Source: Promethearchaeota archaeon (lineage in GTDB: Archaea; Asgardarchaeota; Lokiarchaeia; Sigyniarchaeales; SOKP01). Taken from it: a DNA stretch of 64,000 nt. The position numbers and the translations under genes are program-made. The notes under the pieces were generated by a model that was not told where the DNA came from, searched no databases, and worked only from the letters and a program-made list of their open reading frames with translations. Below are positions 58,557 to 64,000 of this stretch, in pieces. The stretch spans positions 1 to 64,000 of the forward strand of contig JAEOTA010000056.1 in the NCBI GenBank assembly GCA_016840085.1. The letters are read 5' to 3'. Positions within the stretch are counted from its first letter, which is position 1; each line of letters opens with the position of its first letter.

Positions 58557-59273
58557 TTAAGTCTCATTTATACTGGAGATATAATAATTTGAATTATTAA
58601 TCATTTCCAATACTTCAGTCTCAGGCACATCATACCAATTTTTATAGGCATCTGCGACAGCAAACCATAGAACATCCCTAATATTAGGACAAAATAAATC
58701 ATCAACTCCCTTCTCAACCACCCTCACAGTTCTCAGAGGAGCTGTCGGAACTGCAACAAAAACTTTCGAGGGATTATATTTTTTTATCATATTAAGCGCT
58801 GCTAACATTGTAAAACCCGAAGCTAAACCATCATCAAGAAGGAATATATATTTATTTTCAATATTTTTTTCGTAAAAATCCTCTGAAATCGAAGTTTTAT
58901 CATAGAACTTTAACCTATCACTTATTTCTTCCTTAGTTAAAACAATAGAATCTTTTATTGCTTTTCCCGATAAGCTAAGCTGATTTAATAACGGTTTATT
59001 AATTAAAATTGTACCATCTGTAGTTACAGCTCCAAATCCTGCTTCTGTATTATACGGAATCTTAATTTTTCGAACTATTAAAATATCATATTTAATGTTA
59101 AGTTTAGAGCAAAAACCCTCTGCAACAGGCACACCACCATTAGGAATCGCAAAACAAAAAAATTGAATATTATTTTCAAGAATACGATCTTTAAAAGAAT
59201 TTCTTTCTTTTAGCACAAAATCCGCTAAAATTTCTCCTGCTTCAAATCTAGAGTCATATCTAATGAATTTCAT
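58557..59273 (-). CDS. Phosphoribosyltransferase family protein (COG1926-like)
   Basis: IPNGGVPVA, RKI..P...E..FGA and LLDDGLASG.T. Confidence 0.9.
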   Translation of the reverse strand: MKFIRYDSRFEAGEILADFVLKERNSFKDRILENNIQFFCFAIPNGGVPVAEGFCSKLNIKYDILIVRKIKIPYNTEAGFGAVTTDGTILINKPLLNQLSLSGKAIKDSIVLTKEEISDRLKFYDKTSISEDFYEKNIENKYIFLLDDGLASGFTMLAALNMIKKYNPSKVFVAVPTAPLRTVRVVEKGVDDLFCPNIRDVLWFAVADAYKNWYDVPETEVLEMINNSNYYISSINET

Positions 59274-59465
59274 TATTATTAATAGTTATGTTAAACAATA
59301 ATATAAAAATTATAGTTCTAAAAATCAAACACTTGAAATTATAACAGTTTTTGTGTAAAAAACTGAGCGTAGAAATATAAAATAAATTTAAATAGTTGAA
59401 TTAGAATAATTAATATAAAATTGTATTTCTAATAACAAGGATAAAAAAATAAAATTGAGGAAAAC

Positions 59466-61184
59466 ATGAAAAAAGCTAGTTTATTTGCTGCTTTAATATT
59501 AGTTACATTATTTTTAATTCCTTTTGGAACTTTAACTGTAGCACAACCAACTAGTTATATTGGAATAGAAGAAGATAAAGAATACGAATGGAGAATCAAT
59601 TTAAATATAGACGGTTTGAACGCATACATGCATAATATTGAGGGGTTATTAACTGACTTACAAACTAAAGTATCAGAATTGAACTTATCCGGCTACGAAT
59701 CCCTAACTATTCCAGAAGCTATGGAAACTTTTGCTCATGAAATGCTTTCAAGTTTATTGCCTTCAAACTGGGAAGCTTTAAACATATCAACATTATTCCA
59801 CAAATCTGTTGAACATTTCATAATTGAATTTAACTCAACATTTCTTTCGGGAATGATCCCTTCTAATTGGAAATCACTAGAATATGATGCGTTTATAGAT
59901 TATATAATTGATGGTCTTAATAATACGTTACCTTCAGGATGGGAAGAGTGCCCAGTTCCAGAATTAATCAAGCTTGCTGTAAATGAATTTAACAGTTCAC
60001 TTTTATTCGGACTACTGCCTACAGGATGGGAAGATTTCACATTAAAAGAAATATTTGATCATGTAATACAAGAAGCAATTCCCGAATTAAAAAAGAGTTT
60101 CATAACCTATAAGATGATATCTCAGATGATAGAAATGATACTAATGGATTTACCATCTGAAGTAGTAGATTATTCAATTGACGACCTTCTACCCATAGTT
60201 TTACCTAGCAACGTGACAGATTTAAATCTTACATCCTTACGTGAATCTATTTGGTATTTTTTCAATAGTACTATGCCAACAGGTTGGGAATCTAAGAATA
60301 TTTCTACATTAATTGATTATCAAATTGAAGCAATTAATTACACTTTACCTCCAGGGTTCGATGAAGCAAATATATCAACCATTATAACATGGGGGATAGA
60401 TGGATTAATGGAAAATGCTACAAATAGCGTGCCTCCAGAATTATTACCTTATGGTTGGGAGAATATGACAATATCAGATTTAGCTATTGCATTGATTGAG
60501 GAGGGTAAAACCCAATGGACAGATATAGTTTTACCACAATGGGAAACTCTCAAGCAAACCTCTGAGTTTGCAGATTATTTTCCCGATAAAATTGGTTTAA
60601 GACTCGCTATTGATCAGATCGGATCAGAAATAGAAGCCTATGTGGGTGGGCCAAAAGCATCCCCTATTGAGATGACAGCTTATATCAGTATTGATATGGA
60701 AAACTGGATAACTCTTGAAGAATTGATTTCTAATCTTACAGGACCAGTTTCTACATCTGAACCTTTAAATTATGAAGAAAATTATACATACACATCCCCT
60801 TTTGAATTTCTTCTTAATTTTTCATATATTCCATACATAGTGGATCCATCGACTTATTCAGATGGGCAATTAGCATTATTGGATCAAGTAGTATTTACAG
60901 GAGGTTTCATCGTAGCAACAAATTATGATTGGGAAAATATTACAACTGATACGGCAATTGAAATCCAAGGAAATGTAGATGCGTTTGAGTTCTCAGCAGA
61001 ATGGAATGATTACGGTCTTCTTAAACAAGCAACTTTAAAGGCAGATGGAAAAACTGCAGTTTCTATTAATTTATTTGAAGAAGTAACAGAAATTCCGGGA
61101 TATGAAATGACAACATTTATTATAGTTATTCCAATAGCTATTGTCGGTTTAATTTATTATATAAGGAAAAAAAACATTAGGTAA
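59466..61184 (+). CDS. Secreted/surface glycoprotein with internal LPxGWE repeats and IPGY-TM-basic anchor
   Basis: Signal peptide, many N-x-S/T sequons, then EIPGY + TM + RKKNIR. Confidence 0.8.
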   Translation: MKKASLFAALILVTLFLIPFGTLTVAQPTSYIGIEEDKEYEWRINLNIDGLNAYMHNIEGLLTDLQTKVSELNLSGYESLTIPEAMETFAHEMLSSLLPSNWEALNISTLFHKSVEHFIIEFNSTFLSGMIPSNWKSLEYDAFIDYIIDGLNNTLPSGWEECPVPELIKLAVNEFNSSLLFGLLPTGWEDFTLKEIFDHVIQEAIPELKKSFITYKMISQMIEMILMDLPSEVVDYSIDDLLPIVLPSNVTDLNLTSLRESIWYFFNSTMPTGWESKNISTLIDYQIEAINYTLPPGFDEANISTIITWGIDGLMENATNSVPPELLPYGWENMTISDLAIALIEEGKTQWTDIVLPQWETLKQTSEFADYFPDKIGLRLAIDQIGSEIEAYVGGPKASPIEMTAYISIDMENWITLEELISNLTGPVSTSEPLNYEENYTYTSPFEFLLNFSYIPYIVDPSTYSDGQLALLDQVVFTGGFIVATNYDWENITTDTAIEIQGNVDAFEFSAEWNDYGLLKQATLKADGKTAVSINLFEEVTEIPGYEMTTFIIVIPIAIVGLIYYIRKKNIR

Positions 61185-61256
61185 ATTAAAAATCTAAAAA
61201 TTTTTTTTTATTTTTGCTTTCTTAAAATTGATTAGAATTTAGAGTTTAGAATTTAG

Positions 61257-61535
61257 ATGAATTTCGCAGAATCAATCCTTTTTTTACTTATGATTGTACT
61301 ATTTTTATCATCTTTGAAATCAAATACCTTTTTTATAGTTTTTGGAGCAGCTATTTATTTATTTTTTATTCTGCAATTGGCTTCATTCGACCCCATTGAA
61401 ATTCTTGAAAAAATTGCTAAATATATTGTATTTAATCCTCTAGGTATACTAATATTGTTTATTCCATTAATGCTAAATGCTTTCTTTAACTATTTAAAAT
61501 CGTCTTTAAAGAAGAAAAAAGAAGATACTAGTTGA
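61257..61535 (+). CDS. Small membrane protein
   Basis: Three hydrophobic helices and a basic tail. Confidence 0.55.
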   Translation: MNFAESILFLLMIVLFLSSLKSNTFFIVFGAAIYLFFILQLASFDPIEILEKIAKYIVFNPLGILILFIPLMLNAFFNYLKSSLKKKKEDTS

Positions 61536-61538
61536 TTT

Positions 61539-63191
61539 TCATTCAATTGAATTTAGATTGCGAATTCCGAAAATAAACATAACACTAGCTATAGCTGATG
61601 ATATTCCTAAGCTAATCAAAATAATATAAATTAGTCCTAAATATGGATTTATTATATCTGGCACAGTTGGGATAAATATAAAAAGAGTGAGCAAAAAAGA
61701 ACAAATATGTAATAAAAGAATTAAATAATTATTTGTAATTAGATTTTTTCGACGTTCTTCAAATAAGGGTCTAATACACTGAAATCCTATAGCTTGAAGA
61801 AGGATATTGGTGCTATTTACGATATAAGTAAAGAAAAATAATAAAGAAATAAAGATATCTAATTGAAAAACAAGAGAAAAAAATAATGTCAATACTATAT
61901 CAAAAGAAATTAAGATATACAACATAGAATACAAAAAAGAGTAAAATAACGATTTGGTTCCTTTGGGAGTCTTTTTATAAGCAAATAATAATTCTTTTGA
62001 TCCAATAAAATCATACATTCCTACTAACAAGCCAAAGATTAATCCTCCCATCCAAGCTATAATAATTGCTATAATGTTTTTATTAAAGGTAATTTGAAAA
62101 ATTATGGGAATATTTAATGGTTCTAATGTGAATGAGAAAGCTTGATTTTCAAAAGAAACCATAATAAATATACCAAGAATACTGATCGTTCCAATAATGT
62201 ATATTAATTTTGTTAGATTTTCTCTTTTTCTTAAGAAGGATTTAAACTGGACAACAACTAATTTTTTGTATTTTGTAAGAGTAATCTTTTTAATTAATTT
62301 ATGCGAAAATTTTATCTTTTCAATGAATTTTGAATCTTTCTGTGTTCCCAATCTTAAATCATAAAAAATGTATGCTTTTTTATAAGAAAGATAGAAAACT
62401 AAGATTGGAATTAAAATAGCTAAACTTAGATTTGCCCAAATATTTAAAATATATGAATTTATGTATGTTGGATTAATAGAATATAGAATTATATTTGAAT
62501 ACCAAAAAGAAGGATAAAAAAAGAACCAATTTTTAAATTCTGGATGATTTCTAATAAAGTCAAACACAAAATGAAATATATAAAATATAATAATTACTAA
62601 AACTGCGATTAAAAATAGAGATATATTGCCTAAATTTTTTAATTTTTTGCTGGAAGTAAATTTATGCTCAACCCAATTAGATACAATTGCCCCTATCAAT
62701 GAGCCGAAAATAGATAAGGTAAAAAAACAAAAATAAAAAATCAGATAATGGAAAATATTCATTTGAGGATTTATTTGTAATATTAAAGCTATACCAAATG
62801 GACCAATTATCAAAATAAATACTAAATAAAATGGTAATTGTCCCATAAATTCACCTAAGAATATGTCTCCTGGTCTGGCAGGTGTAGCTAATAATAATTC
62901 TTTTTTATCAATTTCTGCTTTTCTAAAGAGAACAAAGAGAGGATATATTACAGACATAAAAAAAAAAGTTGTAAATGTATATTCAACTAATTGAATAATG
63001 AAATTTTCTAATTGATTTGAAAAATCTTTTATTATTTCTGGAATAATTGCATCAATAATAACGGGTCCTAAGTAAAGTGCCCAGAATAAAGCTAATGAAT
63101 AGATCAAAATGAAATATAGTCTACGATTTGTTCTTAAACGACTAGATTTTAACCGAATTTCACACTTTGCGATTGTTCTCCAAAGATTCAA
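61539..63191 (-). CDS. ABC-2-type permease-like multi-pass membrane protein
   Basis: ELLLATPARP.DI.LG and ELLFAYKKTP motifs in two halves; about 12 TM helices. Confidence 0.7.
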   Translation of the reverse strand: MNLWRTIAKCEIRLKSSRLRTNRRLYFILIYSLALFWALYLGPVIIDAIIPEIIKDFSNQLENFIIQLVEYTFTTFFFMSVIYPLFVLFRKAEIDKKELLLATPARPGDIFLGEFMGQLPFYLVFILIIGPFGIALILQINPQMNIFHYLIFYFCFFTLSIFGSLIGAIVSNWVEHKFTSSKKLKNLGNISLFLIAVLVIIIFYIFHFVFDFIRNHPEFKNWFFFYPSFWYSNIILYSINPTYINSYILNIWANLSLAILIPILVFYLSYKKAYIFYDLRLGTQKDSKFIEKIKFSHKLIKKITLTKYKKLVVVQFKSFLRKRENLTKLIYIIGTISILGIFIMVSFENQAFSFTLEPLNIPIIFQITFNKNIIAIIIAWMGGLIFGLLVGMYDFIGSKELLFAYKKTPKGTKSLFYSFLYSMLYILISFDIVLTLFFSLVFQLDIFISLLFFFTYIVNSTNILLQAIGFQCIRPLFEERRKNLITNNYLILLLHICSFLLTLFIFIPTVPDIINPYLGLIYIILISLGISSAIASVMFIFGIRNLNSIE

Positions 63192-63585
63192 CTGATCTAT
63201 TCTCTTTAATTTTATTAAAATAGTCTTTTCTATAATAATAAGATTATTCGGTAAATAACTTTAATATTTAGATAAAGGTATGCATTTGATTATTCCCATC
63301 TAAAATTGACTGTGGTAAATATAAAAGCTTAAATAGTTAAAAAACTTAAATAGTTATCTAAAAAGCTATAAATTATAATTAAATAATAGCTAAATATTTA
63401 ATTTTTTCTATACAACACACAAAATATATTGATAATTTAACAATAAAAAAAAAAAATTAGTTGCACCTAAAATTTAAATATGAAGAGAAATAATTTAATT
63501 AAGAAGTTAAATAAATAATAAAATATCTTAAAAAAATGCTTCAAAAAGATAATATTAATTCAATGGATTCTGATGAGGATGGTAG

Positions 63586-64000
63586 ATGGAGTCTCAAGAT
63601 TCTAAAGGAAAAATTGTTAAAGAGACCTTCCCATCAGAGATCATATCAATTATAGGGGATATTTTTGCTGGGATTATTCTTTCTTTTTTGATTTTACCTT
63701 TTGAAAGTTTTCTTATTTTATTATTAATGATACCAGCCCTTTTATCCTTAAGAGGGAATTTAAGCGGTCCTTTCATTGCCAGAACTTCACGTGATTTTAT
63801 TATTGGAGATTTTACAAAGAGATCATGGATTGAAAATGTGTTAGCAACATATTCACTTTCGATTATAACTGCTTTTTTTATTGGTATATTTACGATTCTT
63901 TTAAATATAGCCTTTTTTAAGATATTTATACTTCATATTGGATATCTTATTGCGATACCTATAATATCAATTGTTCTAACTTTATCTATATCAATTCCTT
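63586..64000 (+). CDS. MgtE/SLC41-type divalent cation transporter, 5' part
   Basis: MESQDSKGKIVKETFP...IPALLSLRGNLSGPFIAR; the frame runs off the window end. Confidence 0.8.
   Translation, partial: MESQDSKGKIVKETFPSEIISIIGDIFAGIILSFLILPFESFLILLLMIPALLSLRGNLSGPFIARTSRDFIIGDFTKRSWIENVLATYSLSIITAFFIGIFTILLNIAFFKIFILHIGYLIAIPIISIVLTLSISIP

Overview
AT-rich chromosomal window from an Asgard archaeon, most likely Lokiarchaeia. The assignment rests on an actin-family gene, a longin-GTPase fusion, a RING protein, IPGY-TM-basic-tail surface proteins and archaeal GGTGA ribosome-binding sites. It holds about 60 CDSs, including gpmA, purD, a type IA topoisomerase, TrmJ, an M32 peptidase, transporters, a multi-PAS kinase and HEPN/MNT modules. 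I found no rRNA, tRNA, CRISPR array or transposase. The main finding is a small protein gene at 58164-58498 that appears to be split by two short tRNA-type bulge-helix-bulge (BHB) introns, 58189-58218 (30 nt) and 58260-58297 (38 nt). Cutting each at the canonical endonuclease position restores one 88-aa frame, while each unspliced form hits a stop inside an intron. The second finding is a family of at least six small 'IPF..DIY.G.EKIPF.ER.P.Y..IL..EF' proteins or remnants (15.4-22.8 kb). They are linked to a duplicated RHH/wHTH regulator and a divergent TFB/cyclin-fold gene. All structures and homologies were derived by eye; no searches or folding programs were run.
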